Shown here: positions 50,648 through 64,000 of the stretch, piece after piece
Layout: each line of letters opens with the position of its first letter
Numbering within the stretch: position 1 is the stretch's first letter
Assembly: GCF_009914755.1 (NCBI RefSeq)
Contig: NC_060947.1
Reading direction: 5' to 3' (one strand)
From: the human T2T-CHM13v2.0 reference genome, Homo sapiens
Length of the DNA: 64,000 nt
Notes under the pieces: generated by a model
Told to the model about the DNA's origin: nothing
Database searches by the model: none
What the model saw: the letters and a program-made list of their open reading frames with translations, nothing else
Made by a program: the position numbers and the translations under genes

Positions 50648-51984
50648 TATTTGCACTGGGTTATTTAATAATGGGAAATGGTGTTTTCTTCTGTTGTCAC
50701 CTCCTGATTCCTCATTATCATTTTGAGAATAAATCGCCTGTACTTCCTTAAGCAAATCAGTATCACTCTTGCTTTTTCTCTGCACTTTCAAGTTCAAGTC
50801 TGGTCTTTAAGGACCCTGTGATTCCATAAAGTTCTGTTTATCTGAGTAAGTCATTTAGTAAATCTCTTCAAATTTCTACAACCTAGCCATTTTGCTAAAA
50901 TACATTAATCATATTCTGCTTCACATTCTTCCAGATATTTCCTATGTTGGCATAAGTCAAAAGAATATATATTATCTTGATTACTTCTTTCATTTGATAA
51001 TGCAGTGAACTTGACTTAAAAGTTCACAACCTAACTACTTAGGAAAATTTAAGTGGCAGCTCAGTGGATAACTTTCTCTTTTGACTTCATTTAACTATTT
51101 AAATGAAATAACTTTTCTCTGCAAATGAACTTAATTTCTCCTTTAGACCAAACTTTAAGTGTCTTTCCCTGGTTTATGCCATACTTGTGTGTTCATATTA
51201 GCTGAAGATAGATTTAAACTTTTGTTGCTAAAAATTTCAGGTAGACTTCACATTGGCAATGACTGCCAATGAGAAGTCTTTATCATTTTTAATATTTTAA
51301 ATAATGGTCAAATTTGCATGTTGGATCACTTGGTAGCAAGATGAAGCATTAAATGGAAGGCAGAAGATTTAGAGACATAAATTAGAAGGTAATTGCTCCA
51401 GTTCAGACAAAAGGAGAGACAAAGATTAGAGGGTAAAATAGACTACACTTGGTAATTGATTGGTGGTAGAGTTGAGCGAGAAATCTGTATCGCTGGACTT
51501 TGGCTTGGGCCAGACAGTGGAACATTTGTGCTTGTTGTTGAAACTGGAGATAAAGAAGAAATGAGTTGGGTGTAGAGAATGATGGTTATCAACTTGACTA
51601 GCTTTAGACATGCAGAACTTGAATTGCTCCTACAAGATTTAAGTTGAAATTTCTATTAAATAACAGCTAGATGGATGTATGGTTCTATTGCTTAGAAAAG
51701 GAGTCTGAGATAATACATTTGTAGCCCTCAGCTGGCTGATAGGCAATCACTGCTAAGGTATTAGCTGTTGAGTTTTCCGAACCATTAGTTATTTTTAAGG
51801 TAGAGCAGTGCCCATACAAAGAAATGAATAAAGGAAAACTTTAAGATCAAGGGTACTGATCTCCTTTAATTCATTCAACTATGATGGTTTTTCTAGGTTA
51901 ATATATCTAGTCTCCTTTAAAATATATAAAATTTACATGTATAACACATCACTGCCCTCCTCCCCAACTTGTTTATACTTTTTC

Positions 51985-52560
51985 CTCCAACTTTTACTTT
52001 GAAATTTCTTAAACCTACAAAAAAAGTTGAAAGAGTAGTACAGCGAATACCTGTGTAACCTCATCTGGATTCATCAGTTAAGTTTTTGCCACATTTATTT
52101 AGCGGTCTCTGTATACACATACATGCTTGCACGTGCTTTTTCATATGAGCTCTATGAAAAAGTAATTTGCAGACATCATGACATATCACTTCAGATACTT
52201 CATCCTGCATCTTAAGAATAAGGTTATTCTCCTACATACCTGTAATACGATTTACCATATCTAGGAAATAAGAAATTCCATAGTATGAGTTAATACACAG
52301 TCCACATTTAGATTTCCCCAACTATCCAAAAATGTCTTTTTTTTTTTTTAAGCACTTGCCTCTCCCTATTGAATTAAGGTTCACATTTAATTGAATATGT
52401 AGTCATTGTGTCTTCTTTAGTCTCTTAAACCTACGAAAGTCTTTTTTTAATGACATTTTCTTCTTGAAGACAGCAGACCTTTGTGTTGTGCAGAGTTCTA
52501 CATTCTGGATTTGTTTTCTCATAATTGTATTTAGGGTAAATTTTTGACAAAAACTACTAA
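51985..52560 (-). mobile_element. L1MC/ME 3' fragment
   Basis: aaacctacaaaaaaagttgaaagagtagtaca...ttgcagacatcatgaca...taagaataagg. Confidence 0.7.
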
Positions 52561-52794
52561 TGATGTTTACTTTTGTTAAACTCCTGCCTCACTCCAGTAT
52601 AAACTATGTCAGAGATATCTTCCTTAGTGGGTCCTGAGTAAATTAAGTTTTACTTTAAAAAGGCAATTTTAAAACTTAAAATTAGGGGTGAGGAGATTAT
52701 TGTTACTTTCTAGTCCATCTTTTTCATAGTATATGGTTTTTATCCTGTGGCTTTAATTTTACGACTGGTAGATTAAGATTTAAAAGAAACCCTC

Positions 52795-53115
<321 letters not shown>

Positions 53116-53840
53116 TTAAGGTATTTGAGATACAGTACTTTGGGTTATATTTTATTTTTCTCTTTGTACAATACTAAGACGCTTTACGTCATTTTCATAA
53201 GACTCATACATTCCTTGTTTTGCCTCTGAAGTATTTTTTTTAACAGGACATTTGAAAGGAATCAAGTGTTAGTGCAGGAGATGAGCTCTGCAGACTGTTG
53301 GTACTGATGAGAGTTCCCTGTAGATAACAGGCTTTCAGAATAAATAGACTTACAGGTGCAGTTGATAAAGCCGACCCCCAGCAAATATGCCATAAGTTGT
53401 TACAGTCATGTTGGACTGTTGTCAAGTTAGTGCAATGGTAGTATGTTTTCAATACATTGGAAACTTTGGTTTATTCACCAGCAACTTTGTGAGTTCACTT
53501 AAATCACCACGATAAGTAATTTAGTAAATTTTAAAATATGTCAAAAACAGAATGCCAAGGAGTGCATTTTCCTCTGAAAAGTTTAATGTTAGGAAGTCTC
53601 AGATTTAGGAGGAGCATATCAAATAGTATGCTGAGGAGTAGAAAGTTAATTTTGAGGATACACATTCATTTGTCTTACGCCCCTGTAATCTGCCAGACAC
53701 TAACACATTCTAAAAATGCTAATAACATATAAGCCAATGTTTGAAAATAAATTCTCTTCAATTTCAACAGTGCCAAGCTCATTGAAAACCACTCTTGCAC
53801 AAACTTAATTTCTTGTCATATTATTTTGTTATTCTTTTGA

Positions 53841-54068
<228 letters not shown>

Positions 54069-54482
54069 TAATGTTTTATGTGCTTTCTCTGTGCCTTTTG
54101 TGTATATGTGATCACTATGTGTTCGATGTTTGCCCATCCATTTTTATTTTCCTAAGTCTTAGAGTCTATGCTATTTAATATCCCAGTAAGATATTACAGG
54201 AAGGGCAGCATTGTGTAGTTTCTGGAATCCAATCTGCCTTCATATCTTAGCTTCTTCATTTATTGGCTGGGGAACTGCGGACAGATTGCTAAACCTATTA
54301 GTCTTTATTTCCTCTTCTGAAAAATGGGGATAATACTGTCTTTCTAAAATAACTTTTATGACTGTTATGTGAGTCTTAGCATACGATAAGCATTCAGTAA
54401 ATGGTAGTTGTTGTAATTATTATTATTTTATAGAAACCCCAATTACCTTCTATTTTTTTAATTAATATTCTTGGACCTAGTG

Positions 54483-54691
54483 TAGTGCTTCTCAAATGTG
54501 GACAATTTTTCCTCCCCCCACTTTCCTTTCCCAGGGGACATATGCCAATATCATGACTTGAGTGGGAGAGATGCTACTAGCTTTTTTGAGTAGAGATTAG
54601 GAATGCTGCTATTAAATATCCTGCAGGGCACAAGACAGCTCCCCATAACAAAGAATTACCATACCAATAGTGCTGAGATTGAAAAACCCTT
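54483..54691 (+). mobile_element. MER20 (flanked by MIRs at about 54205-54410 + and 54880-55070 -)
   Basis: ccaggggacat...gacagctccccataacaaagaatta...caatagtgctgagattgaaaaaccct. Confidence 0.8.
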
Positions 54692-57053
54692 ATCTAATCT
54701 AATGGAATCCAGACTAAACACCTTTTGAATAACTTTATTTCATTTTCTTTTTGGTGTGTTAACTATTATACTTTGAGTTGGCATTCATCATACAATTTTT
54801 TCAAATTAAATAACTTTAATTTAGTAATTATATGATTATTTTAATACAGTTTAGGAATTTGACATGTCAAGTTCAAATAATTAACATTTATTGAGCATTA
54901 ACTGCCAGGCACAAGTCTAAGCATTTTATATAACATATGTAATCCTCATAACAGCACTGTAAGTTAAATATCCCCTTTTTTCAGCTGAGGAAACTGAGGC
55001 ACAGAGGTGTGCAGCTGGAATTTGAACCCAGACAGTCTAGGTATAGAATCTGCTCTTGCCCACTCTACAGCTCTTTCTATGGTCTCTTAAAGGCTCTAAT
55101 CCTAAAAACACAGTGATTCGTGAAGTTGATATTTTACCAGTCTATTGAAAAATACACTACAAATCTGAGACATTGGTTTTAATTTTGACACTTACGAAGT
55201 AAGAGGTTTGCACTGGTTCTCTCACTTGCTGATCACAAGAATCACCTGGAACTCTTATTAAAATAGGTTTTCAGAGCTCTATGCAAAGAACTCTGGGAAC
55301 CTTTTTCATGGTGGCCTAGTGAATCTTATCAGACAAATTAGGTCTTTTTTAGAACTAAGAATTTCTTTGCTCCCTTTTCTTTCACATACATTATAGGTTA
55401 TTACCTTACCTACCTACATAAAATATACTTTATCACAAACACAGAATTTCAAAATGTAAATTAAAGCGAACTCATAAGTATTAACTCCCTTTTCTCTTTG
55501 ATTCCCTTATTTAAATGGATAAATATGGTGTTATACAACTCTTTAGTCCACACCCATTTGACCTAATAATGGACCAAGATTTTTCCAACACTATGCGTAG
55601 ATAATGGTATAGCCATAAAGACCAGTCCATAGTTAGCATTGATCCTAGTGATGTAGTGCTGTAGTCCTGGTGGTCTTCTAATACTCTGTTGGGTTTGATA
55701 TATAATGCTTTTTGATAACAATGACCAAACAAAATCTAAAAATTCTAAAACTGCATTCTCATGGTTAATATATATGTATTTGCTTTCATGCTTTTTTCCC
55801 CCCATCTAGGAGCTTAAAGTTCTTAAGATATGCGTTTTTTCATTGACTGAGACCTTGATTTTCAGCCATGTGGTTGGTGTAAATAAAACTGTTAGATGCC
55901 TTATTGACATTCATATACCCACTATTGTCCTAGGAGAACACAACCCTGGAGTGACAGGTGGCAAGAGAGTTTTCAGAGCTCATATGTTGGCTTGCTTTTC
56001 CTGCATGGCTCTTTCAGTAAGGGAGACTAGGCAGAGCAAGGCACCTCTTGGTGTTCGTTAAGTTATCTACTTCTCAGTGGCTGAGACTGTTACCATAAAG
56101 CATTTAAAAGTGCAGTACCAAGTTAACCCATATTTCATCTATCTTCACATTGATATTTGGTAACTTACTTTGGAAACTGAGTCACATTGCCATTAGAATG
56201 TCAGAGTAACCCCCAGTGTTGTCTTAACTTTGATGTAATATAATATTATTATGGCTTCATTCCTGTTACTTCCTGCCCCAGAAACGTCATGCGAAGATTA
56301 AAATCTTGTAAGAACAGTTGTTTGTTCCCCAAAGAAGCCCCCATACTACCTTCTTGTGGCATTCTTTCTGTACCGAGTGTGCCTTCCCCCAACTCTTTTT
56401 CCTGTTCATAATCAATTAAGTAAATTGATTCAGAAATTTCAACTTCTGTTTGAAAACTTATGTGATTCTCTACCTCCCCTCACCTGAAGATGATCTCTCG
56501 CTCTCCTTTTAGTATCCATAGCATACTATGTTTATTTTTTGCCTAATGTCCTCATGTATTGATTTATGAATATATTGTGCATTAATTGCCCATAAATATA
56601 AGGCTTTTGATAATTTGTCTACATATTATTTTATTCAGTTCTCTTGTTCTAATATTGCAAGTGTATTTTCATTCTATTCCCTGTGTGAAGTTGTTCTCTA
56701 AAATTCTATCGCTCTTTAAGCTTCATCTTTGCAGATCACTTTTTGGTTGGATTAGATTCTAGTATATAACCTCAAATATGCCAAGCTCTCAATCAGCTTC
56801 TTCCTCATGGTTTTCTTCCATTCTGGAACTTCCTTTGTCCCCTGCCTTTTTGTGTAGTCTTTCATCGAAACAACTAAAAACAGGGATTGGGTCCTGAAAC
56901 CAATACTGATCCTTAAACGTCAAAGAATTTCCTGCTTTTCTAGCTGTTGAAATCATTTTTGACCTTGTTTCTAAAGTACACGTATGCAAAATAGCATTTT
57001 CCATCTTCTATGTGTTTACACCTTTTGCAAATGATTTATTCTTCTGTTTTTAG

Positions 57054-57392
<339 letters not shown>

Positions 57393-58784
57393 TAAACTTA
57401 CAGAAATTCAGCAAAACTAAAATTAAGAGGAAATGAGAATCCTGATTTTGTTTAGCTTTTATTTTTTAGCTCTTTAATGTACTTAAATGTTGTCTTTGTA
57501 TAAAATCAGTCTGGGGCTAATCAAAGCAGAACAGGTTATCATTTAAGTCTTAAATATTATATGTTTCTTTACTACGATCCTTTCCCTAAATCACTTTGCT
57601 TTCTATTTTTCCCTATCCTTCAATTGAATCACATTCTTTCTTTTTTAGGACTTGCTCATTACTGTGGACTCCATAAGAGCCTCTCTCTCTCTAAATTCTT
57701 CTGTTCCAAGTGCTGCCTTTTGAAAAGGCGAAGGAACAAAAATTTCCAATGTTAAAAAAGTAAAGGCAAGCAGAAATCACAGTTTTGTTATTCATCATCA
57801 GATAAGATTAATAGAACTGTCAGTTTTCTAAGATTTTGGTATCACACAAAATATAAAATATAAATTCTGGAGCAGAATTTATTCCAGAAGCAGACTGACT
57901 ACTTATGGCTTAATATTTATTCTTAGCAACCTTATCTCAGACCCCTTGTTATTTGCAGGAAATCAGTATACTGCCTTTTTTAAGATGAAACTACCAAACT
58001 AACAATACATTGTAAATTTACAGTCTAAGTGCCAGTGTAGTCAGTGGCATTGAAGATGAAAATTTATCTGCTGAGTAACAAGTAGCCTGATACTCCATAG
58101 AACCAAGGCTCTGTGTTTGGAAAAACTGTGCTTCCTGAGCCCAAGAATCTCATCTTCGAGGGGGAGTGGGTGATAATAAGATGTGAGGAGACCAAAAAGA
58201 AGGGTTACAGTGTGAGATAGTAAGGGGGAAGCTTGAGATTTTCTTTTAAAAACTCATAGCTCAACCACTTAAATAGCTTTATGACATTAGACAAACTTAA
58301 CTTCTCTGCGCTCCTTTTTCCCCATTTGCAAGATAGAGATAACCTTTCTCCCAGGGTTGTTAGGAGGCTTACTTGGCATAATGTATATGAAATAGCAAAT
58401 ACATGGCCCCTGTCTGGTTCTTATTTTTTATTTGCTTTTATTATATTATTTTTGTTTGGCCATGTGGAAGGACAGTTGAGTTTGAAGTCTTCCAATGGTA
58501 TCTACAGAGTTTTAGGCATTATTTTCCTGTAAGAGACCTTATTTTGAAGCCCTACTTGGAAAACTTGTTCAGTAAGATCTGTATCTTTAGAAGTGAATTG
58601 TATGGGACATGAGGAGGGACAAAGAGGAGCAGGTGCTATTCAAGAGCTAGAGACAGAGTCTGAATTATATTCTCTCTTTGCTATGATCTAAATTTTTACT
58701 TGCTACCTTCCCTGGTGCCCTATACAGGCACGCATGCACACATCAATAGCTGTCCTAACCTTGACACACAGCCACAGGCTAAAG

Positions 58785-59132
58785 CAGGGGTCCCCAACCC
58801 CTGGGCTGCAGACCAGTATCAGTCCTTCGCCTGTTAGGAACCGAGCTGCACAGCAGGAGGTGAGCAGCAGGCAAGCTGGCATTACTGCTTGAGCTCCAGC
58901 TCCTTTCAGATCAGTAGTGTTATTAGATTCTCATAGGAGCAGGAACACTACTGTGAACTGCACATGCAAGGCATCTGGGTTCCTTGCTCCTTATGCGAAG
59001 CTAATGCCTGATGATCTGAGGTGGAACAATTTCATCCCAAAACCATTCCCCCCCGCCCCTTCCCCTAGGTCTGTGGAAAAACTCATCTTCCACGAAACTG
59101 ATCTCTGGTGCTAAAAAGGTTGGGGACCGCTG
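58785..59132 (+). mobile_element. MER1B (hAT-Charlie)
   Basis: TIRs CAGGGGTCCCCAACC / GGTTGGGGACCGCTG; TSD ggctaaag/gtctaaag. Confidence 0.9.
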
Positions 59133-60433
59133 GTCTAAAGCAATGTTTTTGTTTCTAAATAAGTTAAATATGCAAGAATTGTTGAAGCCAAGCTGAGAGT
59201 GCAATCTTTGAATATTGCACTTAAGGAATTGACCTACAACTATAAAATTGATATTGTTTTATATTTGTTAAGTAAGCTAACAGGTTTTACAAATGTTTTT
59301 AGTCATTCCCCACCTCCCCACCCACCACCAGGTTAATATACACGGGTTCTGATACATAACAATACTTTAACATAGTAACGTATAAAATAGCAAAGAAATA
59401 TAAAATAAGGTATATTAAATATTTTAGTACTTATTTGAATTTTAGTTGTGTATTGATTAAGCTACTATATGCTAGGCACTGCCCTAGGTGGTGAGTAGAT
59501 AAGTAGATAGCAGGAATAAAATAGATAAGACCTTTGCTTTCAAGACAACACTCAGTTGCTAAACCCATTTCCTTTTCTTTAGGATATTTTCATTGTCTCC
59601 GAATTTTAGAGCTGAAAAGTGCCTTAGAGATCATCTAGTTCAACCTCTCCGTTCAAATGGAGAACCTGAGCCACTAAGATTCACAGGAGAGTAAGATAAT
59701 TGAGCAAACAACTCCAAGTAATGACAGAAAATTATAGGAGAATCAGTACAAATTGTGAGAATTTACTATGTTGTTAGCATCCTAAGTATGAGTTTAGAAA
59801 AGGTAGAAGTTATAAGAAAAGTTAAATTGTTTTAATATGAATGGATTCCACTGTTACCTTCAAGATAAAATGAAGACATACTTTTTTCTTTAGTATTATA
59901 GTTAAACGAATATTGTATCCTGTAGTGACTAAATTCATAAATATTTTTTCTGCTTATAGACTTGAGTTTCAAAAGCAGCTGTACAGATGATGCTGTTAAT
60001 GAGTGTTTAGGTAGTGTTGATTAAAAAAAAAATAATGTGCCTTCCTGCCTTACTAGAATCATAGAAGTTCATATCTGGAATTCATACCCCTTATTTCACG
60101 GATGAGGAAATTGACTCCCAGAGAGGTTAACTGACTTGCCCAAATTAAGAGCCAAAATTAGCAACTCACATTTAAGCAGGGAGTCAGTTTTTATGTACTA
60201 AGACCATTATATTTTGATATCCAGATATTACTTTTCTCAACTTTAAATGTTTTAATATTGTCTTCATCAGGCCTGCTGAGCATTGTCATTTTAAAATCTG
60301 AGAATATTTGATAAATTGATGAAAGAAAAATTATGAAGTCATAGACATTAGAATCAAGTCTCTTGGCATTATTTCTAGTTGGTATATCTTTTATGCTAAA
60401 AATATTCAATATTCAGTTGCTGGTCACAAATAA

Positions 60434-60694
<261 letters not shown>

Positions 60695-61560
60695 TAACAT
60701 TGGATTCAATTTTGTTGCTTAGCCATTATATTAAAATTCAGTGTGATAATAATGATATTTCACTGTGAATTAACCTTAAAAGTATCTACTGCAGAGTCAT
60801 TTTTGTGGTAGATCTTCAACAGACAATAATCAGCAAATTTAGTCTGAGATTTTAAACTAAGAACAATCTAGATGTACACAGATGCCAATAAACTGGATGT
60901 TTGGTGTAACTCTAGGCAGATCGATTATCAGTCCTCTCTGGTGCAATTAACAATACATTTGTCAATCTTGTGTGGCCAAGGCTTGCAAGAGGTGCAGGAA
61001 CAAAGATGTGGTGCCTCCTATGAAGGAGCTTAAATTCTACTTGGAGCAGACAGATTATAAACAACTAATTGTAATGTACATGAGACTATGATGAATGTGA
61101 AGTTGGACTTCCTGTTAATGATAACACTGAGGGGGAAAATGACCTAATTTTTTCTTCTAGTATTGGCATAAGAACTCACAAACGTATTAGCATTTGAGTC
61201 CATCCTTGGAAAAAAGAGTATGATATCAAGTAGACTAAAAAAGTGATGAGAATCGGAGGTAGACTGTCATGGGCTATAGGCACAAGAAGAGAACAGGGAA
61301 ATGAAATGGTTTTAGAAAAGGTTGAATGTGTTCCGATTTGGCTGGAACACAGACTGTGCAAATTCCGCTCATAAGTCTAGGTGGCATTTAATTTATAGCA
61401 CATCTTGAATGGTTTTAAGGAATTTGATATTCCAAGGTTATTGAAGCCATTAAAAGGTTTTGAGCAGGCAACTAAGGGTAAGTAAGATATGTGTTTCAGG
61501 GAGAAAAGTGGTTGGAAAGGACAGCGATATATAAGCTATTGCAGTGGTCTTAAGAGTTAT

Positions 61561-62181
61561 GGGACTGTAAACTAGTTCAACCATTGTGGAAGTCAGTGTG
61601 GCGATTCCTCAGGGATCTAGAACTAGAAATACCATTTGACCCAGCCATCCCATTACTGGGTATATACCCAAATGACTATAAATCATGCTGCTATAAAGAC
61701 ACATGCACACGTATGTTTATTGCAGCATTATTCACAATAGCAAAGACTTGGAACCAACCCAAATGTCCAACAATGATAGACTGGATTAAGAAAATGTGGC
61801 ACATATACACCATGGAATACTATGCAGCCATAAAAAATGATGAGTTCATGTCCTTTGTAGGGACATGGATGAAATTGGAAACCATCATTCTCAGTAAACT
61901 ATCGCAAGAACAAAAAACCAAACACCGCACATTCTCACTCATAGGTGGGAATTGAACAGTGAGATCACATGGACACAGGAAGGGGAACATCACACTCTGG
62001 GGACTGTTGTGGGATGGGGGGAGGGGGGAGGGATAGCACTGGGAGATATACCTAATGCTAGATGATGAGTTAGTGGGTGCAGCGCACCACCATGGCACAT
62101 GTATACATATGTAACTAACCTGCACAATGTGCACATGTACCCTAAAACTTAAAGTATAATTTAAAAAAAAAATAATAATAA

Positions 62182-62212
<31 letters not shown>

Positions 62213-62233
62213 AGTACCTGTAAAAAAAAAAAA
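61561..62233 (+). mobile_element. Young 5'-truncated L1PA2/3 3' end
   Basis: Open ORF2p C-terminus (ORF 61584-61955 ending SLIGGN); GAG rather than ACA/ACG at the 3'UTR diagnostic site, so not L1HS; G-rich tract 62011-62032; TSD aagagttat/aaaagttat. Confidence 0.93.
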
Positions 62234-63074
62234 GTTATTTTAAGGCCTAGACTAGAACCTGGCAATGGGAATATTAAAGAAGGGAAAGAATTCAAAAATA
62301 TTTAGAGGGTAAAATCAGCGAGACACCTCATTAAATGGCAGAAGTGGAAGGACAAGTTGAAGAATGCTCACCAATTTTCTAGCTCAGGTCACTAGGTTTG
62401 TATTGCTGCTTGTTGACAGTAATGGATAACATGGTGAACTCTAGGATTGTAGTTAACTGTTAAAAGAAGACATGGGATCATAAGAGTTTTCTGTCATTGA
62501 AGAAATTTAAGGATAAGCCAAAGACAGGATGTTGATGGTCCATTTCAAACCTTGAAATTCTGTAATTCTAGCATCAACCTTTATTTGAAATGATAGAATC
62601 CATTGATTTTTTTTTTAAATGTCATATGGCCTGACCAAAGTGAGTCATTAGGAGATCAGATAGATTCCAGTTAGGTGTGTTGTTCCTTATCCTACCTGAA
62701 CCCTAGCAACTCATCAATCTTTCTGTATAAGATAGAGGTATTATTTCTAAAATCATGCTGTACTCATGAATACATAAAAATGATCACTTATGTCTGATTG
62801 TATACTAATGTTTTAGATTTAAAAATAGGTTGACCTTTATCAAACTTTTGAACTGGGCTTTGCCAGTGGTTGTCATGAGTATGTCATTCCCTTTGATTAT
62901 TCCCCTAAATATGCATTACTACCCATGTCTTTGGATTTGGTGCAAAATAAACCTGGTCTGTTAAAGATTCTCAAACACAGCCATGTTTTTCTTACCACCT
63001 ACTCTTAACCAGAGATCACTGTCCACAATTTCATTCAAGTAGAATTCCATGATTATACTAAAGCAGTACAGTAA

Positions 63075-63308
<234 letters not shown>

Positions 63309-64000
63309 TGAGTACATAGTTAGCTGGGTTATGAAGCAGCAGTGTTTGCTCTGCCACCTGATAAGTAGGAGGTAATGAAATATTTTAAATTTTCCTTTGG
63401 CTCATTATATATTGCATGAGGGTATATTCATATCATTCCCCCCTCCATTTCCAAGTATTTATTCCTATAAAATTGGCATATATCATTTTCAGTTTTCCTG
63501 GGTGAGACCAGCCTAAATAATTTTACAACAATTACATTTAAAAATCTTTGCGTGCTTTAGATAGAACACTATCATATCCTTTATGTCATTTTATCTCAGT
63601 TGATAAAATGTTTGTGTACGTAGGTTATTAGAGCCCACAAAATGAATCAGTAAGTGTGCTTTTAAATATACTTCTGCTTTTAGAGCTAATTGTATTTGTT
63701 TAAAATTTTGTCCTTGCCAGAAGTATTAACCTCATGGGAGTATTTAATGGAGCTTAACTTCCTGGTATATTATGTAACCTTATGAAATTCAAGTATACTT
63801 ATAAATTGCACAGTTTTTAATTTCAGACAGCAGATGCTTGGGGGAAGCATTTTACTTTCGCAGATCAATAGCTTTATGAATAGAAACACAGAGATAATTT
63901 ATGAATTGTTGATTTTCTCCAGTACTTGTCTCCCACACATATGTGATCAGAAACTAACTTTTTGAAATTTACTTTCTGATATTTTCACTTGAATGGTCTT

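Noticed and set aside
61584-61955. Intact 123-aa ORF resembling L1 ORF2p
   Set aside because: It is only the C-terminal stub of a 5'-truncated L1 with no promoter, endonuclease or RT, so it is not an active element.

Overview
Primate, almost certainly human, genomic DNA covering most of KDM6A (UTX, the X-linked H3K27me2/3 demethylase) on the + strand. I mapped 21 consecutive coding exons by GT-AG boundaries and phase continuity. Numbered from memory of the 30-exon isoform, these are exons 9-29. They encode the last TPRs, the disordered middle region, the JmjC domain (HQE...H iron triad) and the C-terminal Cys4 zinc domain. The first 8 exons and the last exon lie outside the window. The introns hold about 23 Alus/monomers, three L1PA 3' fragments, older L1M/L2/MIR pieces, and hAT/Tigger MITEs (MER20 x3, MER58 x2, MER1B, MER46C, MER47). 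Most ORFs in the supplied track are repeat artefacts. I see no new multi-gene system. The notable unexplained signals are: (1) a copy of the exon 26 splice donor written into the head of a nearby Alu; (2) frame-preserving cryptic exon candidates in intron 27, including a 108-nt MIR-derived exon and a 21/18-nt microexon; (3) a second donor after exon 29 that would change the C-terminus; (4) a strong intronic CTCF motif; (5) a possible short L1 3' transduction.
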